NCBI GenBank assembly: GCA_001794055.1
Contig: MGJB01000012.1
Coordinates: forward strand, 1,124 to 65,123
Source of the DNA: Candidatus Yanofskybacteria bacterium RIFCSPHIGHO2_01_FULL_41_26
GTDB taxonomy: Bacteria; Patescibacteriota; Minisyncoccia; 2-02-FULL-40-12; GWA2-44-9
Reading direction: 5' to 3'
Length of the DNA stretch: 64,000 nucleotides
Part shown: positions 12,001 through 21,566 of the stretch, piece after piece
Numbering within the stretch: the first letter of the stretch is position 1
Layout: each line of letters opens with the position of its first letter
Program-made: the position numbers and the translations under genes
The notes under the pieces: generated by a model
Told to the model about the DNA's origin: nothing
What the model saw: the letters and a program-made list of their open reading frames with translations, nothing else
The model's database searches: none

Positions 12001-12186
12001 GGTGAAATGATTCTGGATATCTTTGTCACTAATCTCAAGCGAGAAATAAAAATCAAAATGCTCTGACTGATAAAAATTCCACGTGGTTTTTTCCCAAATC
12101 ACTTGATTTTTTCCAAACTGGGCATAAGCCGTCAATGGCATCAACAAAAACAACAAAGCGAGAAAAACAGTGAGTTTTCTGGTCAT
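9019..12186 (-). CDS. Secreted tripartite protein: HExxH metallopeptidase-like domain, TolB/PD40 beta-propeller, C-terminal Omp85/BamA-like beta-barrel
   Basis: 1055 aa. Signal peptide MTRKLTVFLALLFLLMPLTAYAQ, HELAHIF (HExxH), PD40-like repeats (LAYVAFDGG, SPSWSSDGRQLVYTSD), C-terminal barrel ending ...WSFNVRIGFNF (terminal aromatic). Confidence 0.55.
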   Translation of the reverse strand: MTRKLTVFLALLFLLMPLTAYAQFGKNQVIWEKTTWNFYQSEHFDFYFSLEISDKDIQNHFTNLVAHLEGSCEYLSFRLNHQLKKRPIVVVSRTHSQFEALHLAGEMFMPEGVGAYAFPRGSRLLPDTDMILVVKPDFLPVLNRTIYTHELAHIFQFDMVGWSFIGRAGGESIEPWLYEAIADYLANKYAPYSRDDIRKMEQRLAAANVKNPEMGLPTLEMLSQGQANPYSLGAMLFMFLEAKYGEKTVADQIVKIFSQRGQKFSELLADISKGEFYNAEAFDRAHRNYWADKYAKDSLERPKPYQETSSIKGRQIIRQPYPYPLTSPEVSPDDNFVAFLTFNPKNGIVLAVARMLPRDDPPYVSQANRKKRGMFGRKVNVQDPPLKILTKFMPPKHYEYIIAQELNVWPFNGSDLDWWQDPEWVAKVKGADKKELAKLMRVPSVSKISFFARKNKDHALFILDANTGKFLQEVELPLDQAFSPNFSADGKVLYFSAAKNIQRDVYSMNLETHELKNLTNGGVFNSAPRVSPGGTELAYVAFDGGFQKLFLLDLATGNKEQLTYGRWNDNSPSWSSDGRQLVYTSDEKDQIWNLYTLDLATRTNKQWTEYYGGVFTPKFVSGENDRVVYSAYLEDDQFRSYVYSNFELFDLRMKESLRTSVIDNKNENMELAFRSQEAVSEQLDQHQLARPQKPPARWKFYGSNVSIGTSTYWGLFASSQFVVQDVFANRTHAGLYIKYGDFQYTDYTYQDLSRRWGLTVNFNHSQYPLYYPLYNFQGQYSRYPYPNGDYKQFVLNSTWAEETSATFLTEYPFNKWNRVEFGVRPRKRTYFLPLTDADVAYLGDYLPEIDRQFYEFFKASSGQTNVGFITAFVHDTVLYSNNTLGPLPLHGDAMRAQVEYGLGLNKNSASYLTAQIDARRYIRLSGSSLVAVRAAGLTSNRPNGDSVMFLGGNNTLRNYPYFSVAGNQVGYGSAELRFPVADVAILSAIPFNVRGVLFVDYALAKFSDDLFPTRKEWSYGFGLQTNIFLPLNFEWAKTKFAPDKWSFNVRIGFNF

Positions 12187-12269
12187 TTCTTTTCCTAATT
12201 GACAAAGAACCGAAATCTATCGCAAAGCTACACGTTTTATAAACAAAGGTCAATCGTGTCAAATTACTC

Positions 12270-12638
12270 CTATGGAGAAACTGTAATCGTTCCCGTCATC
12301 GATGGATGGGGGGGACAATGATAATTAAACGTCCCTACAGTATTGAAAGTAAAACTGTATATTTCGTTCTGGCCCAAAAGCGGGCTTGAAAGGCCGCCAT
12401 CTCCCGTCACTGTATGAGAAACGGAGTCCTTATTAGTCCAAACCACCGTGTCACCCTTTCTGATTGTTATTAATGACTGATTAAAAGCAAAGCCTTTAAT
12501 TACAACGGTTATTGGAGTAGGTGTGGGGGTTAGAGTAGGTGTGGGAGTCTGATGGCTTGGGCCACTCTTTTTTGTCATATAAAAAATTCCCGCAACTACC
12601 ACAACGACTAAAACAAAACTAAGAATAATTTTGTTCAT
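12270..12638 (-). CDS. Cupredoxin (plastocyanin/azurin-like blue copper) domain protein, membrane-anchored
   Basis: N-terminal TM segment, TPTPTLTPTPTP linker, and type-1 Cu ligands H...HCPPHPSM (His, Cys, His, Met). Confidence 0.7.
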   Translation of the reverse strand: MNKIILSFVLVVVVVAGIFYMTKKSGPSHQTPTPTLTPTPTPITVVIKGFAFNQSLITIRKGDTVVWTNKDSVSHTVTGDGGLSSPLLGQNEIYSFTFNTVGTFNYHCPPHPSMTGTITVSP

Positions 12639-12785
12639 AATATTTAACTATAAACTTTCTCTCATGACAGAGCAACCCTTTCAATGGGACAATAAGTGTA
12701 GCGCGTCGAAGCCCTGTTAGACGTTCTGGTGAGATGCCGGTATGTTTTTTTATTGTTTTAGATTTTGCCATAGATTGAATAATAT

Positions 12786-13520
12786 TTATTTTTTAATCAT
12801 CAAAACTTGGGTGGCTTCCATTGGTTGTAGTTTTTCTGGTTTGTCTGCCATAAATTCATCGAATGCTGTCCAGACGCCTTTACATTGACCATAGTCGTGA
12901 GACAAGATCCTGCCGCCAGACAACATACGCGGATAAAAGAATTCCAAGGCCTTTTTAGTAACGCTGTAAAGATCTACATCAAGGTGGACGAAGGAAAACC
13001 TCAAATCTTTGATAGCGTCTGCGGTATTGGGAAACAGTCCGGGGTAGATTTTCACAGCTGGATATTTAGAAAGTCTATCTCTAACTTCTTTTTCGCTGGC
13101 AGTGAACATTTCTTTTTTGAATCGTCCGTCGCGATTGCTTACTTGATCAGGCAAACCTTCAAAAGTATCGAAAAGATGTAGAGGAGTATTTCCTTTAATT
13201 TCGGAGATTGCTTTTGCGGACGCACCGCGAAAAACTCCTACTTCAGCATATGCCCCTCCATGATCGACCATGATGCGAGACTGTTCCCAAATATTAAGTA
13301 ACTCGCCCGGGCTAAAAAGAACAGGCTTCCTGCCGGTAAACAAGCTGACAAACACAGGGCCTTCTTCCTCGCTATAAATTTTAGACACTAATTTAAACGC
13401 CTTCTCTTCAAGGGGATTGCGTTTATAATATTTCAACTTGCCAAGTTCAATATGCGACATAATACGCTTTATTAACATTCCCCAACGTGTATTTGAAATT
13501 TGATTGTCGATTCCTGCCAT
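12786..13520 (-). CDS. TylF/MycF-family (macrocin O-methyltransferase-like) class I SAM methyltransferase
   Basis: GAYAEVGVFRGASA (SAM-binding), FDTFEGLP, HLDVDLYSVTKKALEFFYPRMLSGGRILSHDY, the characteristic TylF C-terminal block. Confidence 0.65.
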   Translation of the reverse strand: MAGIDNQISNTRWGMLIKRIMSHIELGKLKYYKRNPLEEKAFKLVSKIYSEEEGPVFVSLFTGRKPVLFSPGELLNIWEQSRIMVDHGGAYAEVGVFRGASAKAISEIKGNTPLHLFDTFEGLPDQVSNRDGRFKKEMFTASEKEVRDRLSKYPAVKIYPGLFPNTADAIKDLRFSFVHLDVDLYSVTKKALEFFYPRMLSGGRILSHDYGQCKGVWTAFDEFMADKPEKLQPMEATQVLMIKK

Positions 13521-13584
13521 AGTTCGAATCCCTTCACCAACTTCGCTAAAGCTACGTCGAGCCGAAGAGGGTTCTTACGTTTTA

Positions 13585-13839
13585 TCACTTTTCGGTTTTG
13601 AAACGTGGCGCAAAATGTTTCTTTATAAACGCTCGACCGGAGCCAGACTTGAGATATTTTTCGAATTCAAAAGCCTTATATTTATCTTCGGTGGCAAAAT
13701 AAAATTCTAATGCCATGGGCAGACGGTTTGCCGTGGCAGGTACATGACCTTTTTGATGTCTATCCAATCTGTCCTGTAAATCGTCAGTGCAACCTACATA
13801 AAATCCATCTTTGCATTTTAAACTATATACGTAATACAT
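13585..13839 (-). CDS. GIY-YIG nuclease-domain small protein
   Basis: 84 aa: YYVYSLKCKDGFYVGCTDDLQDRLDRH, the GIY-YIG motif pattern of stand-alone ~85-aa family members. Confidence 0.7.
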   Translation of the reverse strand: MYYVYSLKCKDGFYVGCTDDLQDRLDRHQKGHVPATANRLPMALEFYFATEDKYKAFEFEKYLKSGSGRAFIKKHFAPRFKTEK

Positions 13840-13920
13840 AAAATTCTTTTGGCGAAGGTCGCCTTCGCAAACCTACTTGCGGACTATGTCACGCCGTAGG
13901 TTCGCTTCGGCGAACCGAAG

Positions 13921-14032
13921 GCGGTGTATTCTTGAAATAGCTCGAACGGAATTCGCTCCTCGTCCCGCTTCGCGCGGCTCGGATGAATCGGGCAGGCAAA
14001 ATGAATTCTGAAGCCGAGAGCATTAACAATTT
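13921..14032. repeat. Left imperfect inverted repeat (~110 bp) of GC-rich cassette
   Basis: ggcggtgtattcttgaaatagctcgaacggaattcgctcctcg...ggcaaaatgaattctgaagccgagagcatt is the reverse complement (~85-90% identity by eye) of 15023-15135. Confidence 0.6.
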
Positions 14033-14140
14033 CAAGTTTTTAATTGAGTTAAGTATAACTCAATTCAGTGAATTTTTCAATTTAAAATTATTGAAAAATT
14101 CACTGGCTTTGGCGGCAAATTCTCGCTCTTTGAATTATTA

Positions 14141-14170
14141 AAAAAACGGTCAGCTTGTGGGCTGACCGAC
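14141..14170 (-). terminator. Intrinsic terminator of cassette gene
   Basis: cggtcagc-ttgtggg-gctgaccg hairpin followed on the minus strand by a T7 run, ~65 nt after the stop at 14235. Confidence 0.5.
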
Positions 14171-14234
14171 CAACCGATAGGTTGGAATTTGTGCCTCGCA
14201 TGTGCGAGGGCTTGAATGCAGTTATGTCGAGAGA

Positions 14235-14795
14235 CTACTCGTCATCGGTCGTATGGACTCGCTCCTCGTTCGGAATTGGCTCCGGACGGAAAGCATGGTC
14301 GTGCAAGATGTGCGGTCCATGTTGTAATGCTCGCTCGAGCTTTTGACGAAGCACACCGGGCCTGCCATCCACATGTCTGTTCTTGCCCCGCCCAGCACGA
14401 CCCTCCAAGTGATCGAGAACATCCAGAAGGACGAAGTCCTTGTATGTTCCCGGTACCCGCCGAAGTTCGATCGTGAGTGTTCCATTGCCCAGGTCTTTGT
14501 CGACCTTGAGCCAAGCATTTGCACACCGAAGATGTTTGTCGCTCGGTGGCAACGAGTGGCCTCTGTCGAATTTCAGGACGACCTTCTTCGGCCCTCGATA
14601 TTCATCGCGGAATTGTCTGACCTCTCGGTCAACCAATGTTGTGACGTCATCGAAAAAGCCGAGTGCAATGACCATGTCGAGCCATGGCCACGAGGGAAAC
14701 TCCTCATCCGGCGTTTCGGGTAAAGCTTGGGTAAACGTCAGTAACCCTTGCTTTTTGTCAAAACCGACTTCTAGACTTGCTTTCAAGGTACTCAT
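14235..14795 (-). CDS. Hypothetical protein encoded in compositionally foreign (GC-rich) cassette
   Basis: 186 aa from the Met preceded by a strong SD (AAAGGAGGAGcgtaATG). The ORF-track start at 14885 lacks an RBS. No recognisable domain and an acidic C-terminus. Overlapping +strand ORFs are judged artefacts of the high GC. Confidence 0.5.
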   Translation of the reverse strand: MSTLKASLEVGFDKKQGLLTFTQALPETPDEEFPSWPWLDMVIALGFFDDVTTLVDREVRQFRDEYRGPKKVVLKFDRGHSLPPSDKHLRCANAWLKVDKDLGNGTLTIELRRVPGTYKDFVLLDVLDHLEGRAGRGKNRHVDGRPGVLRQKLERALQHGPHILHDHAFRPEPIPNEERVHTTDDE

Positions 14796-14873
14796 TACGC
14801 TCCTCCTTTGGTTATTCCGTCCACATTGAGAGGATATCAGGACGGAAGTTGCCAGCACCATGCTGGGCACCTT

Positions 14874-14902
14874 ACTATAAGTCATCGAAAGCAGAATGTC
14901 AA
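14874..14902 (-). promoter_or_regulatory. Consensus sigma70 promoter of cassette gene
   Basis: Minus strand reads TTGACA-17 nt-TATAGT, ~70 nt upstream of the SD/ATG at 14795. Confidence 0.5.
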
Positions 14903-15022
14903 TCGCAATAAAAAAATCAGCATCTCTGCTGTTTCTAATCTAAAACTCTTATGAAAAAATTTCTTTTGCCCTTCCAAAATATGATTCGAGCCGATTTGTT
15001 TTCAGGTTCTTTGGCAGTTTGG

Positions 15023-15135
15023 AATGCTCTCGGCTTCAGAATTCATTTTGCCCGCCCGCCCATTCCGAGCCGCGCTGTGCGCGGCGAGGAGCGAATTCCG
15101 TTCGAGCTAATTTCAGAATACACCGCCAATTGGAA
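15023..15135. repeat. Right imperfect inverted repeat (~110 bp) of GC-rich cassette
   Basis: Reverse complement of 13921-14032. Contains the internal hairpin ccgcgc-tgt-gcgcgg where the left copy has ccgc-ttcg-cgcgg. Confidence 0.6.
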
Positions 15136-15213
15136 AAATGCAAATTTGAAGAGGTTAGCTCGCGGCGCGTTCTGCGCCGCGAGCTGGCTTCCCCAAATTT
15201 GCATTTTCCCAAC

Positions 15214-15303
15214 TGGCGGAGAGGGTGGGATTTGAACCCACGATGCCCTTTCGAGCATGCCGCCTTTCCAAGGCGGTGGAATAAACCACTATCCGACCTC
15301 TCC
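15214..15303 (-). tRNA. tRNA-Ser (anticodon GGA), CCA encoded
   Basis: GGAGAGG acceptor stem pairing with CCUCUCC, anticodon arm CCGCC-UUGGAAA-GGCGG, long variable arm, T-arm GUGGG-UUCAAAU-CCCAC, 3' GCCA. A GC hairpin plus U-tract terminator follows at 15140-15205. Confidence 0.85.
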
Positions 15304-15331
15304 TAATCGAAAAATCATACCATTGGAATGG

Positions 15332-15925
15332 CTATTTTTCCAGAGCCAACATCTTCTTTGAGAGTTGAGAATAAACAAATCTGCGGTGATTTATTTCTTC
15401 ATGTTCTTCGTGAGTTAAATCTTGATAAAGTTTATTAAATTGAGGTATCCAGAAAATAGCACGGAACGGGTATCCTTTCTCACATGGCGCAGTTTGTTTT
15501 TCAACTATGTAACCGTCAATACTTCCCTCGGCATGTAAAATATTTTTTCCATCATAATAAACCCCGACAGTTCTCAAATGAGCGGTTCTTTTGTTTTGCG
15601 GAATATTTTTTAATTTGTATAAGACCAGGTCAATAAGCTCCTGATCAGTGGCCTCATGACCGGGCCAGCGCCGGCTCATTACCCCCGGCTCACCGTTAAG
15701 CGCATCTATCTCCAGTCCCCCATCATCAGATACGGCCGGAATTCCAAATAACTCAAAATAACTTTTGGCTTTTAGCACAGCATTCTCCAGAAAGGTCTTT
15801 TCTGTTTCTTTAACATCGAGAGTGTCCGGAAAGTCTGCAAGAGAAACTTTTTCAAAATTATCGCCAAGATATTTTTCTACCTCCTTTGCTTTAGCTGGAT
15901 TTTTTGTCGCAATAAGTATTTTCAT
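15332..15925 (-). CDS. rdgB: Non-canonical purine NTP pyrophosphatase (RdgB/Ham1 family)
   Basis: MKILIATKNPAKAKE N-terminus, SDDGGLEIDALNGEPGV, overall Ham1 fold length (197 aa). Confidence 0.8.
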   Translation of the reverse strand: MKILIATKNPAKAKEVEKYLGDNFEKVSLADFPDTLDVKETEKTFLENAVLKAKSYFELFGIPAVSDDGGLEIDALNGEPGVMSRRWPGHEATDQELIDLVLYKLKNIPQNKRTAHLRTVGVYYDGKNILHAEGSIDGYIVEKQTAPCEKGYPFRAIFWIPQFNKLYQDLTHEEHEEINHRRFVYSQLSKKMLALEK

Positions 15926-15993
15926 TTTTATATTTTAACAATCATTATGCAAAAATCAAAAGAACGGTGTCATCGCCGTTCTTTTTTTATATT

Positions 15994-17718
<1,725 letters not shown>

Positions 17719-17751
17719 TTAATGCTTCAAGCTTCATGCTTCACGTTTCAA

Positions 17752-18054
17752 TTATTCAATAATCGCCAATATATCTTCTTCTTTGGCGATTAAATATTCT
17801 TTACCGTCTATTTTAATTTCGTTCGGTCCGTATTTTGTAAATAAAACGATATCTCCCTTTTTAACCTCCAAAGACACCCTCTTGCCTTCGCCAGTTGGTG
17901 AATTTAACCTTTTACCCGGCCCGACGGCAATAATTTTGCCTTTTTCCTGCCTTTCCTTTTCGATTGTTTCCGGTAAAATAATGCCTCCTTTTTTCTTGTC
18001 CTCTCTAAGAGGTTCTATCAGAACGTGATCTGATAATGGTGTTATTTTTGTCAT
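17752..18054 (-). CDS. groS: Co-chaperonin GroES
   Basis: KITPLSDHVLIEP...GGIILPE...GKIIAVGPG mobile-loop and roof motifs. Directly upstream of groEL. Start set at the internal Met. Confidence 0.9.
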   Translation of the reverse strand: MTKITPLSDHVLIEPLREDKKKGGIILPETIEKERQEKGKIIAVGPGKRLNSPTGEGKRVSLEVKKGDIVLFTKYGPNEIKIDGKEYLIAKEEDILAIIE

Positions 18055-18131
18055 ACAGTGTATTATAGTCATTAAAAATTAATTGTCAATCCCGCTTTTA
18101 AGTAAAAAATCCCCCTATGGGGATTGGTCAA

Positions 18132-19961
18132 TTAAAAGAGATAGAGTAAAAACCACTTTCTTTTTTTAGGTTCTTTTTTCTCGTTAATGGACATTCCTTT
18201 TGTCTGAACCGTAATATTAAGCACAAAATCAACGTCAATGAAATCGTCTAGAATTGGCGTAAGGGTTAGAACAACTTCTTTGCTGTCTTTTGTCAGAAAA
18301 TGTTTCAATTCATCCTCGCCGATATCAACCCACCCCAATTCCGGATTGGCCGATGTTTGAGAATTGGAATTTTTAGCCTTCGTTTCGGTCTTGGCTTTTG
18401 GCATTACCTGCTGAACATATAAAACATCGGTCTTATAGTTCATGGCCTCATTCAGTTGTTTGATAAAATCCTCAACAGAAGTTCCATTTGTCAAACTTCT
18501 CTTATCTGTAAACCTGCTACCCCCTTGGATCACAACAACAATATTGGGAAAAACTCCCGGACCAATTCTCTCCATAAAATCTTCCGGAACTTTAATCGGA
18601 ACGCTTATTTTTCTAAGGGCGCCGGAAGAAATTTCTTCCAAAATCATATCCGCATATACTGTTTCTCCCGGAGACGCCTTGTTTTCAGATAAAAAGGCTG
18701 CCTTTTTAATCCAAACTTTAAAATTCTTAACAAAATCTACCCGAACCCTTACGTCTCCAATCTTGCGGTTAAGTTTTTTACCCTTAAGACTCTCCAAAAC
18801 AAGATCTACCCTATCGAACAGTTCCTGAAAAGGACTTTTGGGATCTTTCTGATCTTTTTGAATTCTGACTGGTATAATATTTTTCAGGAAAATTTCAGAC
18901 TCATCTTGAATACTTATCCTCACCTGATAAGAAACGGGCAACAAGCTTAAATCGCCAAGCACTTGCTCCGCCCAAATGCCGGGTAATTTGTTTATGAGCA
19001 TTCTAGCCATAGGGCTTGGGATTACTTCTTCTTTTAAAGTCGCCTGCCCATTACCCAGATGAAGTTCTGTAATTAGCGGTGTGCCGGGTGCTGTCATGCC
19101 GATTATTCCTGCCATCTCAAACGCACCGTCAACAAGCATCGCTCCTTCTGTATTCAGATAACAGCCAGGAAGCTTATAAGAGGCAAAGGGGGTTTGAATG
19201 GTATCAGCCACCGCCACGTGAACAAAAGGATAATTTACCATTCCCGTACCAAAAAGAGGGTGGCCAAAAATATAAATTTTATCGTCGTCTCTCCATGTTA
19301 CAGTACCAGAAGCGCCAATGGAAATTAAACCTCTGGCCAGAAGAACCGATACCATTGAACCCGGCTTAAGTTCACTGTCCGCCAACTGGTAACATTTACC
19401 AGGCGAAACGCCTTGGGCCGCCAAATTATTGATTTTGGGAAAGAGCATAAGATTAAAAAATTCCATGCCCCCGATGTTGATCTTATCGGGCATCTGATTA
19501 GAAAGACTTATAGCCGCCTCATACCCGCCAAACCGGGCTCCAAGCATGTATTCGGCAGGAGTCAGGAGACAATTCATGCCCCCTTCAATAAAAGAACCTA
19601 TACGGTAACTCAAAGCGCCAACTAAGATTCCGTTCTTAACACAATCATCCAAATCATTACAACCAACGAATATAGGGCTGCCACTCATACCAGATATGGC
19701 ACCTATTTTTTCCAAGGTCGTATCCATCGGGCCTCCGGAAATTCTCGCTAAAATTAGACTGCTGCCCATATTGTCAATTGTGTTTCCAAGAACAACATCA
19801 AACGGTTCCGGTTCAACACCCTTGAAAACAGAGAAGCCAATTGCTTTTGTTCCAGGATGAAGATCCTTCAGTTGGAGGATCTTCGGTTTGTAAGCCCAAG
19901 CATCAACGGCAAAAAACATTAGCACAACAAAAACAGAGAGTAGCCTCATTAAACCTTTCAT
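18132..19961 (-). CDS. Secreted S55 (SpoIVB-like) serine peptidase family protein
   Basis: Signal peptide MKGLMRLLSVFVVLMFFAVDAWA. GAISGMSGSPIF matches the SpoIVB GMSGSP catalytic-Ser motif. IYIFGHPLFGTG His-containing block. Confidence 0.5.
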   Translation of the reverse strand: MKGLMRLLSVFVVLMFFAVDAWAYKPKILQLKDLHPGTKAIGFSVFKGVEPEPFDVVLGNTIDNMGSSLILARISGGPMDTTLEKIGAISGMSGSPIFVGCNDLDDCVKNGILVGALSYRIGSFIEGGMNCLLTPAEYMLGARFGGYEAAISLSNQMPDKINIGGMEFFNLMLFPKINNLAAQGVSPGKCYQLADSELKPGSMVSVLLARGLISIGASGTVTWRDDDKIYIFGHPLFGTGMVNYPFVHVAVADTIQTPFASYKLPGCYLNTEGAMLVDGAFEMAGIIGMTAPGTPLITELHLGNGQATLKEEVIPSPMARMLINKLPGIWAEQVLGDLSLLPVSYQVRISIQDESEIFLKNIIPVRIQKDQKDPKSPFQELFDRVDLVLESLKGKKLNRKIGDVRVRVDFVKNFKVWIKKAAFLSENKASPGETVYADMILEEISSGALRKISVPIKVPEDFMERIGPGVFPNIVVVIQGGSRFTDKRSLTNGTSVEDFIKQLNEAMNYKTDVLYVQQVMPKAKTETKAKNSNSQTSANPELGWVDIGEDELKHFLTKDSKEVVLTLTPILDDFIDVDFVLNITVQTKGMSINEKKEPKKRKWFLLYLF

Positions 19962-20049
19962 TTCATCCTCTTTTCAAAGAACTGAAATAATCTGTGGCAA
20001 GTATAGGGTAAACGAATAAAACTCGCAATGGGCCAAAGAAACAGATACT

Positions 20050-21033
20050 CTAAACAGTCAGTCCTGAATCTTTTTCTTCGACACGTTGGACGATACCGAG
20101 CTGTTTTAGTTTTTTATTATACTTATTGATAGCAAAAGCTTCGAAAGAACGGGGGTGAAATTCCAATTCATTATCGTTAAAAACAACCCTCCCCCCCGAT
20201 TCATAAGTCGCGGGATTATTTTTTATTCTTTTATGTTGATAAGCCTTAAAACATTTCTCAAGCCAATCCCCTGTTTTAGAATTTAAAATAAATTCTAAAA
20301 ATTTTGTTATGAAATTAATGACGAGGTCCGACCTTGGGACTTCTTTAAGGTCGGACCTCAAAGAATTATAAATATACTTCTCGAGCCAAATGTTTTCGGC
20401 GTAAAAACGGCCAAAAATTCCATCTCTAGCAAAAACAGGCTTGAGATTAGCGTAAGTCTGGGCATTAAATAAACTCTCATGCCTAATATTCATTTTCCCG
20501 TCGGTGATATAGTGATTAAAACAAAATTTATCAGGCGCTATTTTTTCATATCTGGTCCTGCGGACACCAAAAAGAGAGGCAACTAAACTTAAAAACATTC
20601 TACAAGTATAGAGACGACCCGATTTCGCAATTGCAAGAACGTCAAAATCGCTATCTTCGTCGGTATTATTTATGGCCATTGAACCGGAAACTAAAACCGC
20701 TCTCAAAAAAGGCACGGCCTGGAACCATTTTGCTGTTTTCAAAAGTTTCTTCCATTTTTTAACAGCAATCGCTTCTCTTTCGATTCTTAATTTATACAAA
20801 GCATCTCTGTCAGGTAAAAAATAAAAACCATCCTTGAAACCGATATCGCCGGTTGAAGCCAAATCATCCAAGTTCTCCCTAATTTGGGCTTGAATTGCCC
20901 CGAGATCCGACCTCAAAGAACTAAGCCGTTCCGGATTTATCAAATATTTATTAATCTCCGGCACAGTCAATGGAAAATCAAAAATATCGTAGTAGACAAG
21001 AGTAGCAATTATTGAATCTCGCAGGTACCTCAT
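20050..21033 (-). CDS. Nucleotidyltransferase (Pol-beta-like NTase fold) domain protein, function unknown
   Basis: GSMAINNTDEDSDFDVLAI is the GS-x9-DxD NTase signature. Start trimmed to MRYLRD so that the terminator hairpin at 21061-21076 lies upstream of the gene. Confidence 0.45.
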   Translation of the reverse strand: MRYLRDSIIATLVYYDIFDFPLTVPEINKYLINPERLSSLRSDLGAIQAQIRENLDDLASTGDIGFKDGFYFLPDRDALYKLRIEREAIAVKKWKKLLKTAKWFQAVPFLRAVLVSGSMAINNTDEDSDFDVLAIAKSGRLYTCRMFLSLVASLFGVRRTRYEKIAPDKFCFNHYITDGKMNIRHESLFNAQTYANLKPVFARDGIFGRFYAENIWLEKYIYNSLRSDLKEVPRSDLVINFITKFLEFILNSKTGDWLEKCFKAYQHKRIKNNPATYESGGRVVFNDNELEFHPRSFEAFAINKYNKKLKQLGIVQRVEEKDSGLTV

Positions 21034-21083
21034 ATGACAAAGGTACCCAAAAATACAAAAGCTCGCAATCGCGAGCTGGGGAA

Positions 21084-21470
21084 CTAAGTCTTGCAGGGAT
21101 TCGGACAATCGCAGTGATCGGGCTTGCAGTGCACCTTACAGCGCTTTCCTTCCTCGTAATTCTCGCTGGGCTTTCCATTCTCACACTTCCTCATGCAGGT
21201 ACATCCAAGCTTATTGGGGTCGGTCGCGCCGACCTTCGGATTCTTGGGGTTCGGGCGCTCGCAGTGCTTATCGCCTTCGGGCTCCTGCGGTGGTCTTTGT
21301 TCCTGACGAGAAACAGTTGTCGTTGACGTCAGTTTGGCCCCTTTGGCCTTGTTCAGAAAGCAGATCTCGTCTTGAGTTTTGGCTTGAACCTGATCATGAA
21401 CTGAAGAATAAAACTATACCGCCAACAAAAGAACTGCAGAAACTACCACAACAGTAAAAGTTCTGAACAT
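21084..21470 (-). pseudogene. Interrupted small secreted Cys-rich protein gene (single in-frame TAG)
   Basis: Minus strand reads TTGACA-17-TATGTT promoter, AAAAAGGA SD, ATG, MFRTFTVVVVSAVLLLAV, then TAG (plus 21414-21416), then in frame FYSSVHDQ...KLGCTCMRKCENGKPSENYEEGKRCKVHCKPDHCDCPNPCKT*. The hairpin GCUCGCGAUUGCGAGC plus U-tract terminator follows. Confidence 0.4.
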
Positions 21471-21566
21471 TGATCATCCTTTTTAAAAAAGAACCTGGTG
21501 ACAACATATTACAGCTAATTTCGAATGTCAAATGCTCTTAAAAATAAAAGCCCCTTAAAACAGGGC

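Noticed and set aside
14155-14885. Multiple overlapping ORFs on both strands (14155-14346 +, 14216-14476 +, 14343-14723 +, 14440-14829 +, 14222-14526 -) plus the long 14885 start of the cassette gene
   Set aside because: All lie in one GC-rich segment where stop codons are rare. Only the minus-strand frame starting at the SD-preceded Met (14795) has a promoter, an RBS and a terminator. The others are treated as compositional artefacts.
13921-15135. IS element or transposon with a transposase
   Set aside because: The inverted repeats are present, but the only ORF inside has no transposase, integrase or recombinase motifs (no DDE, HUH, or Tyr/Ser recombinase signatures recognisable). It is called a non-autonomous cassette rather than an IS.
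21084-21470. Reassignment of TAG to a sense codon (alternative genetic code) as the explanation for the in-frame TAG
   Set aside because: TAG terminates the uvrC-like gene (32030-32032) and target 2 (41028-41030) at the expected protein lengths. All long conserved genes have standard lengths under code 11. So the TAG is more likely a pseudogene mutation, an assembly error or local readthrough.
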